Shown here in pieces: positions 49,661 to 61,570 of a stretch of 64,000 bases of DNA. Positions within the stretch are counted from its first letter, which is position 1, and each line of letters begins with the position of its first letter. The stretch covers positions 37,510,001 through 37,574,000 of the forward strand of contig NC_045705.1 of assembly GCF_009834535.1 (NCBI RefSeq). Direction: 5' to 3'. The position numbers and the translations under genes are program-made. The notes below the pieces were generated by a model. That model did no database searches. It saw only the letters and a program-made list of their open reading frames with translations, and was not told the origin of the DNA. The DNA is from Camelus ferus (taxonomy: Eukaryota).

Positions 49661-50317
49661 TCTCTACTTCATTTTCAAATGCAGCAATTCTAGCCATTAT
49701 GATATTTTCAGAAATGATGAGGAAACAGTCAACACTTCACCTTACATCTCAACTCATAAATACTCCTTTATGCCTGTGGTATAAGATTTAAGCACTTTGC
49801 ACATCTGGAGGAATCCGTTCTCCACACCACGCATTGAGTTCCTTTCACCACACTGTGTTGAATGGTCTTTTTTTTCCTCATAATATATACAGAAAATAAT
49901 GCTCTCTCATCAATCTCACAGACCCTGTTCATTGTGCTTTCAGCTCGACAGCAACCTTTTCTTATTGCCTGAGTAATGCCTGCCTAGCCCATTTTGTAAC
50001 AAATACAGATTGCTTTTCTTCTCATTCTGTCTGGTGATGAGCTGATTAATAGCAGCACAAGTGGCTTCTCCTTGAAACTAATTAATCACCTGTCATAATT
50101 GTTCAACAGTTAAATAACTATTAATCTGGATGCTAGACAGAGTGAAGGTTGACAGGGTTAGGAAACAAAGAGTTCTTGCCATGAAATCAAGGCTAAGCAT
50201 TTGCTAAGATGCTGCTTCTAAAAGTCAGAAGATTGTGCTGTGTTTGGGAAAGAGTCTCTTAAGGACTTTGTACATATGGGAGATTAAAGTATTGCAGGTC
50301 ACTTCAAGCTTATTTAT

Positions 50318-51039
50318 TTGGTGCAGCTACTGAGGAAAACAGTATGGAGGTTTCTTAAAAAACTAAAAATAGAATTACTACATGACCCAGCAATTCCACC
50401 CTTTGGAATATATCAAAAAAAAAAAAAAGAGGACAATAATAATTTGAAAAAATNNNNNNNNNNNNNNNNNNNNNNNNNNNNNNNNNNNNNNNNNNNNNNN
50501 NNNNNNNNNNNNNNNNNNNNNNNNNNNNNNNNNNNNNNNNNNNNNNNNNNNNNNNNNNNNNNNNNNNNNNNNNNNNNNNNNNNNNNNNNNNNNNNNNNNN
50601 NNNNNNNNNNNNNNNNNNNNNNNNNNNNNNNNNNNNNNNNNNACAACATGAATGGACTTGGAGGGTATTATGATAAGTGAAATAAGTCAGAGAAAGACAA
50701 ACACTATATGATATCACTTATATGTGAATTCTAAACCAACAACAACAAACTAATGAATATAACAAAAAAGAAGCAGACTCACAGATATAGAAAACAAACC
50801 AGTGGTTACCAGTGAGAAGGGAGAAGTGGAAAGGAGCAATACCAGGGTAGGGGACTAAGTGGTATGAACTATTACGTATAAAATAAGCTACAAGGATATA
50901 TTGTACAATACAGGAACATAGTCTATATATTATAATAAGTATAAATGGAGTACAACCTTTAAAATTTATGAATCACTATATCATACACTTGTAACTTTTA
51001 TAATATTGCACATCTGCTCTGCTTCAATTAAAAAAAAAA
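50318..51039 (+). mobile_element. L1 3' end (L1MA9-like), poly(A) at 51030-51039
   Basis: aaaacagtatggaggtttctt...acaaggatatattgtacaa...cttcaattaaaaaaaaa; N-run 50454-50642 inside. Confidence 0.92.
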
Positions 51040-51102
51040 TAGCTTCTGGGAGGTCTCTGGTCTTCATACACTGAATTTCTTCCCTCTCTGCTTTGTCTTA
51101 AC

Positions 51103-51548
51103 TTTTTTTTAATGTTACTTTTTATTGAAGTGTAGTTGATTTACAATGTTAGTTTTAGGTATGCAGCAAAGTGATTCAGATATATATAGATTCTTTTGTA
51201 TTATATGTTATTACAAGAAATTGAATATAGTTCCCTGTGCTATACAGTAGGTCCTTGCTGTTTATCTGTTTTATATATAGTAATGTATATCTGTTAATCC
51301 CAAACTCCTAATTTATCCCTTCCCCTACTTTCCCTTTTGGTAACCATAGTTTGTTTTCGATGTCTGTGAGTCTATTTTTGGTTTGTAAATCAAATTTGTA
51401 TCATTCTTTTAAGATTCCACATATAAGTGATATCATATAATAATTGTCTTTATCTGTCTGACTTTACTTCACTTAATATGATAATCTCTAGGTTCATGCA
51501 TGTTGCTGCAAATGGCATTATTTCATTCTTTTTGATATCTGAGTAATT
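51103..51548 (-). mobile_element. L1 3' end (artiodactyl type)
   Basis: ttttattgaagtgtagttgatttacaatgtt...gaatatagttccctgtgctatacagtaggtccttg. Confidence 0.92.
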
Positions 51549-52114
51549 ACCTTGATTCCAAAATATCTCATGCTATACGAGATTTGACCATTTATAGATT
51601 CCCAAAGGCCAGCTACTAGGTATATAGGAAGAGAAAACCTAAATCTGCCTCTTTATAGTTATTTGTTTATAGGAGCCAGCCAGGGCTGAAATCCAGTTGA
51701 ATTATGACAGATGTCTCCTCATCATAGTTAAGCCTATTAGTGAACTGCAGCTATAAGTAATGCATTTTTCATCAATGCCTCAGCCATTCTTAATCAAGCA
51801 TTTGTGAGACTTGACCTATAAATTACACTTTCAAGAACACCAGGATCTAACAAAAGAATGTATTATGATTAATGGTCTGATGCCAATGGAATTAATGATT
51901 TTCTATTAAGAAATACTACACTCATGAGTCTTGGTCATGAATGTATGAAAGATTCTATTAAACCATTTACCCCTAATAGATGGCTGTTTTATATACAAGT
52001 CTGGGTACTTCAAACATATGAGTAAAAACTGTATGTAGAAAAACCCTCTAAAACTCCCTAACATGCTTTAACACATATTAAGCAGGACAGATTGAAAACT
52101 TTTGTGTATGCTCA

Positions 52115-52585
52115 GCTGCCTTCAAGATAAAGTCAAAATTCTTTAAAATGTCTTCATGTCCTGCTGTCTGCCTATTTCATCAGCCTCATGTCTTTTGATC
52201 TTTCCAGTGTTTAATACTACAGATATTAAGAAGTTGTTCACTTTAGCGAATATGCCATTCTGTTTCACATCCCTGTCCCTCCATAACTGCTGCTCTCCTG
52301 CTCTGGAATATTCTGCTACTTGTGTGCTAAGGCTCCTCAGTTCACAACCTAGCTTTTCTAGAAAGTCTGCACTGATTACCAAAGACCAATGTGCTCTTTC
52401 TCTTTTTCTCTCATTTATCTTATATACACTTTCATCATTTTCATCTGAGTACTGTGGATATTCTTTACTAGCCTACTTCTCCAGTAGAGTGAAAGCTTCC
52501 TGTGGTCAGGGATATTGTTTTTACATCTTCCTATGCTGAACACCTCACATGATAACTTGCATAGAGAGATCTTTCAGTATATTGC
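52115..52585 (+). mobile_element. LINE-2 3' region; tail resumes after 52956
   Basis: gataaagtcaaaattctt...agagtgaaagcttcctgtggtcaggga; gagtgagtgaat tail beyond the nested LTR. Confidence 0.7.
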
Positions 52586-52956
52586 TGTCTTTGTCAGTGT
52601 GGGCTGCTTTAACAATTATCATAGACTGGGTGACTTAAACAACCGACATTTATTTCTCGCAGTCCTACAAGCTGTGAAGTTCAAGATCAAGTTGCTGACA
52701 GATTTGGCATCTGGTTAGGGCCTGCTTCCTGGTTCAGAGACAGTAGTCGTCTTGATATGTCTTCATATAACAGAGAAAGGGAGCTCTATACTCTATCCTC
52801 TTATAATGGTACCAATCTCATCATGGGGGCTCCAGCCTCATTACCATACCCAAACCTAATCACTTCCCCAAAGGTCTTTCTCTAAATACCATCACATTGG
52901 GATTAAGCTTCCAAATATGAATCTTTTAGGGAGACATAAACGTTTGATCCATATCA
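52586..52956 (-). mobile_element. MLT1A/B solo LTR nested in the L2 tail
   Basis: gggctgctttaacaattatcatagactgggtgacttaaacaacc...aaataccatcacattggg...atccatatca. Confidence 0.9.
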
Positions 52957-53093
52957 ATGTGTGAGTGAGTGAATAAGTTAATTAATGAGTAATGGGAAGA
53001 GTAAATTACTGGAAAAGCTGATTTGATAAATTGTAATGAGATAATTTTCTCTAAAAAATAATGTTTTTGTTTTTTCTGTCCTTTCTTTCTTTC

Positions 53094-53117
53094 TTTTTTT
53101 TTTTTTTTTTTTTTTTT
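53094..53117. repeat. T24 homopolymer preceded by (TTTC)n
   Basis: Read directly. Confidence 0.95.
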
Positions 53118-54244
53118 GATTACAGCACTAAACTATAGTTCTATTGGTGGGACTGTCACAAAGTATCCAATACTACATTCACAGCAAGTTTTGTTGAAGC
53201 TGTAGGGTAAAATTATTCCTAGAGCCCATTCTTTAAGCAAATGGGGGTCTCTATGACTGTAAAGAACCAAAAAGGAGGTCCTGAATGAAAATGGAGTCTC
53301 CCTCTTCCTCTCCCCTTTATAGAGGACTATGAAAGAGCCAAAAGGATTGATCAGAACTCTTGGAGTTGTCTTCCATGCTGTTTAGTGTCAACGCATGTCT
53401 AGACTTGGGGAAATAATCTGACGCTAGGAAGTGGGAGGACATGAAAATGGAGTCAGTCTCTTCTCTTTGGAGTGGCAGTAAAAAGTGAAGGTCAAGTGAA
53501 GGTCTCGTGGGCATTGGAAACAATCTTAGATATGGCAGGAAATACAAAGATACGCCCGTTTTACAGGCTAATACCATCTCTTCATTTTGTGCCTAGGATT
53601 CTATTTTTACCCTTAACGTTTTGAAAGATATAGACTCTCTCAGCTGTGCAAGGGTATTTAAGTGCATCCTTGGCCTATACAGCTTCAAAATGAAAAGGCA
53701 TAGCTTCTGTGATACCTCAACAGAGCCCAAGAGTTGAATTAACTTCAAGAGAATAGAATTAGATATTCTTGGCCTAGCTGACCTTCTTCAATGGAGCTGT
53801 CTCTTTTTAGAGCTATATATCTGAGTTTTACGTCTTAAGGAAAGTTGTATCTATTAACATACGCCTTTAGGATTATCACTGCCAGTGTCTGGCACAATGC
53901 AGGCACTCATTCATGTATGTGAATATTAACTGGGGCTGTGAAATTCTGGAGCATTTTCTTAATTATACAGGGACTAAAAAAATTCTTAGAAAACACTATT
54001 TTAAAGAATTAAAACTGCCATTCTCCATAGGATATCAAGGACAAAAGGGAAAAATTAAAATCATTAAATCACTGTTAAGAGTTCTGACCCCATGTTACCG
54101 TGGTTAATAACTTAATACTTCTAAGCCTCCGTTTGATTAAATAGGAGAGGTAAAATTTATTATGCCCACATTAAAGTATATTGTGAGAATTAAACGGGAT
54201 AAATTAGCACCTTAAGCTAACAATAAACCTAATTGTTAAATTAT

Positions 54245-56170
54245 TATTTGGCTAACTGACCCCAAAAATGTATGCTCCTTTTCTATAATGTAGATATACT
54301 CTGGGATTTAACTGCCCAAACAAGAACCATAGGTCCCAGTCCCCTTACATCGAGGTAGGGTTAGATGAACATTGCAATTACTTACTAACTGGATGTCACA
54401 TGTATCACTTCCAGGCCTACATGTTTAAGAAGCAGATATGATTTTCTCTATATCTCTTCTCTCTGTCTCTATCAGCCTACCACTGTCATTGTCAACCTTC
54501 AAAACTACTATCTGAAAGTTATTACAGCTGCCACCATTTTGGCTCACTGAATGATTGCACAGAGCAGAGCCCTATAGCCTTCCAGGAACACTTAAATTAG
54601 ATAGATAACATATTCTGTTAAGCCCCTGAAACTTGGAGATTATATTCACAGCTTTCATTACTCTGAGTAGCCTGTCACTTGAGACTTGGTGCTATTCAAG
54701 AACCTCAAGCACATGATGTTGGCTTATTGGCTGGGCGGTGGGCACCAAGGAAATAGACAAAGTAGTCTGGAAAGATGTACAGCTCTGTTTCAATGTAACA
54801 AAATATTTAGTAGAACAATGTGCCTGCAGGTCCTATATTCTTAGGGAAAATGCTTAGATTGAGCCACAATGTTGGAGTGTGTGGCTACTACTGGCTCTCC
54901 AGAGTACTCTAGAAAAGAAATGAACTCAAGCAAAGACTGGAAGATTTTCAAACAGAGAACAAAGGAATTAGAGAAAGTCTAGAGATTAAGGGCATTACAG
55001 ATTGGAAAAGTTTACTGCTTTGGATCCTGCAAATAGCAGGATATAATGTTGTCAAAGACTTTGTTCATCAAAGAACCACTAAATCTTCTCAAACTAAATA
55101 AAGTACTTCAGCCCTGTTGATAATACCACATTAAGAATGGTACATCCCATTTAAGCCCAGTTTTAGGTGGTTTCAAGATAGGATGTGGATGAGAAAGTCA
55201 AGAAATAAAGCAGATTTAAGAAATGTGTCTAGGAGACCATTTTAGATGTGATTACTCATCCATGGAATTGACTACAAACACATAGTTGAAAATATTCTAA
55301 ATTTCTGAGGAAATTGTGTTGCTAAAGAAACCATAGCCCAGGTTTAAAATGTCTTCAGACATTCAATTTTAAAAATAACCCTGGGCCCTTTAAACTTGTA
55401 TGGTCATAGAGAAGGCTGTCAAAATTTCAGATATGCCACGAAAAATAAGAGGAAGAGATTTCAAGATGGTGAACCCAGGAACAATTAAGGACAATAGGTA
55501 AAATAATTCCTCCCAAGGAGCAGTGTAACAATCTAATCGAGAAATTCTTCCAACCACAGGACCAGGTTCCTTAGGGTGCCGCTCCAGGAGGATCTTATCA
55601 TTGCTATAGACTAGTGACTGCTATGTGTCTGTTATTCTTTCATTTCCAAATAAGAGTTTAAATTTAGTACGACATCCCTATTTTCTGCATGGTTCATTGG
55701 GTGATAAACAGACAACCTGTCTTAAAATGTATAGTTTTAAAAATAATGAAGAGTTATATCTGATCGGATGGAGAGTATGGTGATTATCCAGATATTTAGT
55801 CTATGAGATGAGTATAGTATCTGTATGGAATTTGAGATTTTCTCCCTTGTGGAGGGAGCAAGAGATGGGTAGTGAATATGTTTCATGCTTGGGAAGAAGA
55901 GTTCCCAAGGAAATTTCATGACCAGAGGGACAGATCTTAGTAGAGATGACAAACTGTGCACCAAAGATCTATATTCTCTTCCATAAAGGACAGATTTTTT
56001 TTTTAAATAAACAGCTGTTCAGTCAAGAATTGTATTTTCTAGCAGATGCCTGCATAAATGCAAGGCCATCAACTACTTGCAAAGGGATTATAAGCAAGAG
56101 TGATGTGTGTCAGTTCTGGTCCAAGGTTATTAAGAAGTGTTTGTGTATGCTTTTTTTGTGTTTCTCTTAT
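54245..56170 (+). mobile_element. MaLR (MLT1H/I/J-like) provirus: LTR, internal region, partial LTR
   Basis: 5' LTR about 54245-54672; MLT1-int phrases (gtgactgctatgtgtc, gaccagagggacaga) about 54673-55936; second LTR from about 55937. Confidence 0.7.
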
Positions 56171-56793
56171 CTATAAATTAAAAGTCATATGGTAAGCAGG
56201 GCAGATGCTAAAGATAAAGAGGTAAATAAGACCTAAGCCCAGTAGTCAGTGACAATTTGTCTTTTCCCTAACTCTGGAGACACAGGTTCAGTCCACATGG
56301 GGTCTGCTCAGGCTATGTCATCTGCATTCCCTTCAGTCAAAATACCTGCTTCGTTCAAGTTTTAATTTTTTTTTTTTTATTTCCCTAGCTGGCATAACTA
56401 CATGAAGGACAATTTGGAATTTCAGTGGACATTTTTAGAAAAATTTGACATGAATGAGACTCTTCACTGGAGATATACTTGAGAACAATAACAAAAAAAG
56501 GAAATTTAAAAAGGGGGAAAAAATCTTATAAAGAGATTCAGTATCTTATCTGCCCAAAAGAAAGATTACTTTGCATAATACATGAGACCACCCTCCTGCA
56601 TTTCCATGCTTCAGGGAAAATAAGTATCAGCTTGTTGACTGAATGACTTAATGGAATAATCAAGGGACTGAGTTATTACTTAAACTAGTTGTAGAAATGT
56701 TCTCTGTCTTGGGTATGTGTGTTAAGATGTATTTTCCAACATTTACTCTTCTCTTTTCCCTGCAGAAGGAAGAAAACCCACCTTTTAGAGTGA

Positions 56794-56820
<27 letters not shown>
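56794..56820. repeat. T27 homopolymer
   Basis: Read directly. Confidence 0.95.
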
Positions 56821-56826
<6 letters not shown>

Positions 56827-57419
56827 CAATCATTTTTTTTTGTGCCTGTAGCCAACTCACATTTTTGGTAACTCATTTTTAGAGTGATAATTTTATACCC
56901 CAAAATGGTAACTGGGGAGAAAATGTTTAATTATGAGTTTGAATAATGACCTTTTTTCTAGCTACTGGATAAGAAGTAAAGCTGAATACTTAGAGTTTTG
57001 GATATTATTTCAAGATTTTTTTTTAATTTGATTTATGAATACATAAATTTATAAGCTATATTTAAGAGTTCATGTTATTTTCCTGACAGTGAATGAATCT
57101 TGAACCAATTAGAATGATTTAATTTAGTTTACATCAACATACAAAAAATTGGGTTAGGTATATTTTAGTTAGTGTAATACTTTAGTTGATTTTTCATGAT
57201 CTAAAGGTGGTAATTTATACAAATGATTAAATCAAACTCTATAGAACAGTTACCAAAAGTACAAAATAGTGAATACAATCTGTCCACTTGTTTATCAAGC
57301 TTATTCTTATGGTTTATTATTAAGATGGTAAATTCAATATAATATATGTGCTGTTTTATTTCATATGCTGAGAAATTTAATTTAATTTTATTTTAATTGG
57401 AAACTTTAAATATGCCATC

Positions 57420-57824
57420 TGNNNNNNNNNNNNNNNNNNNNNNNNNNNNNNNNNNNNNNNNNNNNNNNNNNNNNNNNNNNNNNNNNNNNNNNNNNNNNNN
57501 NNNNNNNNNNNNNNNNNNNNNNNNNNNNNNNNNNNNNNNNNNNNNNNNNNNNNNNNNNNNNNNNTTCTCGATGGGTACCATTTCAGTTGAGTGCTCTCTG
57601 CATGGCTTGCAGATAGCTGCCCTCTTGCTGTATATTCACAGTGCCTTCATGGTGGAGGGAGAAAGCAAGTTCTCTGGATGTCTCTTCTTATAAGGTTGCT
57701 ACTCGTATCAGATTAGGGCACCACCTTAATTACCCTTAATTACTTTCTTATTCCAAATACGGTTACACTGGGGGTTAGGATTCCACTATATGCAATTTGG
57801 AGGGACACAATTCATTCCATAGCA
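57420..57824 (-). mobile_element. MLT1A/B solo LTR, partly in an N-run
   Basis: ggcttgcagatagctgcc...tctcttcttataagg...ggagggacacaattcattccatagca. Confidence 0.85.
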
Positions 57825-59244
57825 ATCTGAATATATACATATAAAAATATACTAATAAATTTTTGTTGGATATTGTTAAATAGATGGCAGTCAAGTGAAA
57901 TAAAATTAGATTTTTTTCTGCATAATGATTAATCTATGCTTAAATTGTAGAAATATCTCTCACTATGTTATGTGATATTTCTGTACTTCTGGCATAGTTC
58001 TGAATCATTCTAACAATAAAAATACTTACTTTTGAAAAAAGTTAAAAATTCCTAATGATCATGGATTCTCAATGCTGTGTATTTTCAAAATATTTCCTGT
58101 AACTGTATCTTGCCTTTGGATACTACTGGCATGTTCATGCCTTTTCTTCTTTAACAAACACATATTTCTAATGCCAAATTCAGAATAATAAAGTGGTTAG
58201 ATGTCTTTTATACCTAAACTTTTTTTGGTAGTACAAATTTTCCTTTTTACTCGTTTAAAAAATGACAATAGGAATAATGAGGGTTTCTTTGCTATTCTCC
58301 AAATTTTTATTTTTTAAAAATTATTGTGAGGGATCTTTTTATTTACCAATTTAGAATAAAGAAAGACCTGACAAATCAACAGAACAATTCAGTTTTCCTA
58401 GGTAACTTATGTGTAAGTAAAATATATTAATATAAATATTATGCAATGGTTATTTCTTATGTTGAAAGAAAGAAAATTATGCTTAAGTATAAAGTCTGGC
58501 AAAATAAATGTTTCCAAATTGATCTTGTTTCTAGGTTCCCTCACTCTTGTCAACCAAGACAAGCAGCATAATTTACAGAATAACCCAAAAGGCTTTGGAG
58601 GTTGCAATGTTCTTACTGTTACGTTCTTACTCCTACTAATCATTAACTGCATCCGTATCAATTAATTCTATGTTGTACAAGAGAGGATTTCACTCTCTTC
58701 TATTCTGATCCTACCAGTTAAGGTGATATATTAGCCACAGCTCTTCTGTCCATCTTACTACAATAGTGTAGATAAACTGGATGTGATCTTAAAGCAATTA
58801 ATAGGGAAACTTTAAATATGCATCCAAAAGGTATCGAGTACATGTTCTGCTTGCCTGTAACACAATATTGACAGAGTTTGAAGGTGATGCAGGGACTGGA
58901 GCCAAAATTTTGATGGCCCTTTGATTTTACTACAGTTTCCCCAGATAGACATGGATTGTTTAGGCTATTGTGTATATATGCTCAAGACAGAGCAAAGTTT
59001 TTCTTTGTTGGAAAGCCACAGCTTTAACAGTACAACAAAGAAAAACAATTGCCTGCTGTGTTTTCCTACCCAGGCCCAAGCTATCTAATGATGGAAGCAC
59101 TTACTTTACTAAAGTTGTCGTTAGGTAGCTTTGCAAGATACCTCCTCTTAACTGTCCATATCACATTCAATATTCAAGTAAGACAAAAAGGGAAAAAATT
59201 AGCAAGCTTAAATGAATAAATATACAGCCAAAATAATTACAGAT

Positions 59245-59537
59245 ATTCATATAAATGCTTGCACATGAGAGCTCATAGCAGGATATATTCTATAGTCAAA
59301 TGATGGAAACAACCCAATGTTCATCAATGGATGAACAGATAGCAAAATGTGGTATGTCCTTACTAATGGAAAATTATTCAGCCATAAAAGGAATGAAATT
59401 CTGACACGTGCTATGATGTGCATGAACCTCAAAAAATTATGCAAAGTGAAAGAAGCTAGACATAAAAGGTTATATATTGCATGACTCCATTTATATGAAA
59501 TACCTAGAATAGGTGAATCCATAGAGACAGAAAGTGT
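59245..59537 (+). mobile_element. L1MB-type 3' fragment
   Basis: aacaacccaatgttcatcaatggatgaac...gactccatttatatgaaatacctagaatagg...catagagacagaaag. Confidence 0.85.
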
Positions 59538-59845
59538 CTAAAAACAAACAAAAAACAACTCTTCACAATTTTAAACACAGAGACTTCATCTTTTATAAAA
59601 GACCTCAGAGAAAGATTAACATAGAGCTTAAATGGAAAGGATCTTCCAGGTACTGTTAACATCTTATTCGGTATTAGAATCCCAGAGTGCTTATTCTTGG
59701 ATCTATGTGTCTCAAATATTAAAAAAAAATATGTAAGTCAGTCTTTAATCACCAAAAGACTGTTCCAACTGACGACCTTAAACTAAGGATTCTTAGGAAT
59801 TCTTAAAATTGCATTAAGTAGCCAGCTTTCTGCCTGCCAGTTCTA

Positions 59846-60515
59846 AATATCACAGAAATGCAAATCAAAAGCACAATGAGATTATCACCTCACACCTGCT
59901 AGAATATCTGTTGTCAAAAAGACAAAATATAGTAAGTGTTGGTGAGGAGATGGAGAAAAGAGAATGCTTATATACTATTGGTGGGAAGGTAAATTAGTGC
60001 AGCCGCTATGAAAATCTGTATGACGTCTCCTAAAAAAAACTAAAAGTAGAACTACTGTATGGCCTAGCAATCTCACTTGCAGATCAGGATCCTGAAGAGG
60101 TATCTGTACTCCCATGTTTGTGGCAGCATTATTAACGATAGACAAGATATGAAAGCAACCCAAATGTTCTTTGACAGATGATTGATTAAGGAAAATGTGA
60201 GAGATACGTGTACAAAAGAGAAAATTATCAGTCTGAAAAAGAAGAGAATCCTGACATTTATCACAACATGGACGGAGCTGGGGGACATTATGCTAAGGGA
60301 AATAAGCAAGGCATGGAAAGAGAAATGATGCATGGTCTTACTTATATGTGGAATCTAAAAGAGTCAAATTCATCAAAGCAGAGTAAGACAGTGGCTGCCA
60401 GGAACTTGAAGGAAGAGGTAATGATGCTTCTTTTTTGGTCAAAAGGTACAAAGTTTCAGTTATGGGAGATGAAGTAACTGATTACACTTCAATTAAAAAA
60501 TAATAATAATAAAAC
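59846..60515 (+). mobile_element. L1MA-type 3' fragment
   Basis: gaaatgcaaatcaaaagcacaatgaga...cttatatgtggaatctaaaa...acaaagtttcagtta. Confidence 0.88.
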
Positions 60516-60639
60516 AAACAAAAAATGCCCTTCCTAATGTCCTCATTTTGAGACAGTAGTAAGATCTTGCCTAAGTGGTGTTCTCACTTCCTACAGTATT
60601 GTTTAAAGTAACTCATCTTTGCTTGATAAACAGGTTTTA

Positions 60640-61570
60640 TTGGTGAGTCTTCCATTATGATAGCTTACTACCTATGCAACAACTACTCTTAGACATTTTA
60701 TGTTTAGCATGCCTCAAAAAACATCTATTTCATACATACCTGTCTTCCCCCATGCCTTCATTTCCCATCCTAGTAAAAAAACTACTTCATTCTTTCAGTT
60801 ACTCAGGTACCAAGTCGTGGAATCATTTTTGACTCCTTTTGTCCATTAGGTTCTACAACCAATTATGCCGTCAGTCCTCTCAGGTCTTGCTGTTACATAG
60901 ACAGTACTCTTGTGAATCAGACCACTCCCTCACACCTCTGCTGTTAACCTCCTGCTCCAAGCAACCATTTCTCTTACTTGGATTCTTATAATAGCCTTGC
61001 TAGATCTCCTTGCCTCTGCCTTTGTCCCCACTCCCAGTCGCTGGTTTTAAGTACAGCAGTCAGAGCTCTTCTGTCAGGTCACGTCAAGTCTCTGCTGGGA
61101 CAGTGAACTCCCAGCTCATTCAGAGTAACAGCCAGACTTCTCAGAGGGACTTGTGTTACCTGCTTCACCCCTCTGACTCTCAGGCTTCATTTCCAGTTGC
61201 CCTTTTCCTTGCTCATTCTGCCACAATCACATCAAACTCCTTGTTGTCGATCAAAAACAACATACCTACTCCTGTTTGAAGAATGTGCTGTTCCTGTTCC
61301 CTCTAACTAAAATGTTTCCTGAGATACTGACATGTCTTCCTCATCTCCTTTGGCTTTACCACCTCTAGTAAAATCTTCTAAGGCTACCACATTCAAAATG
61401 CAGGACCCACCTGCACTCACCCTATATATTTTGACTAGCTTTGTATTTCTCTTTAACACATGTAATTATCTAATTCATTAATACGTGATGGGAAGGAAAT
61501 CGTCTCTCTCTAGTTTTACTTTTTTACACTGCTCTATTCCCAGCATAAAAACCAGTGTCTTAATGAATGA
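60640..61570 (+). mobile_element. LINE-2 (about 0.9 kb of 3' region)
   Basis: ggaatcatttttgactcc...tgctgttaacctcctgctccaagcaacca...aatgaatga tail. Confidence 0.75.

Noticed and set aside
53094-53260. T24 tract as the tail of a minus-strand retrocopy or small RNA
   Set aside because: No AATAAA, no TSD and no resemblance to known snRNA, Y RNA or mitochondrial DNA
1312-57693. Supplied ORFs containing X runs (e.g. 1373-1858, 17296-17691, 50318-50717, 57397-57693)
   Set aside because: Their length comes from translating N-runs, and most lie inside transposons
56766-58665. Casein/SCPP-type tiny exons
   Set aside because: Peptides do not match casein or SCPP sequences I know, and no SSEE-type exons were seen
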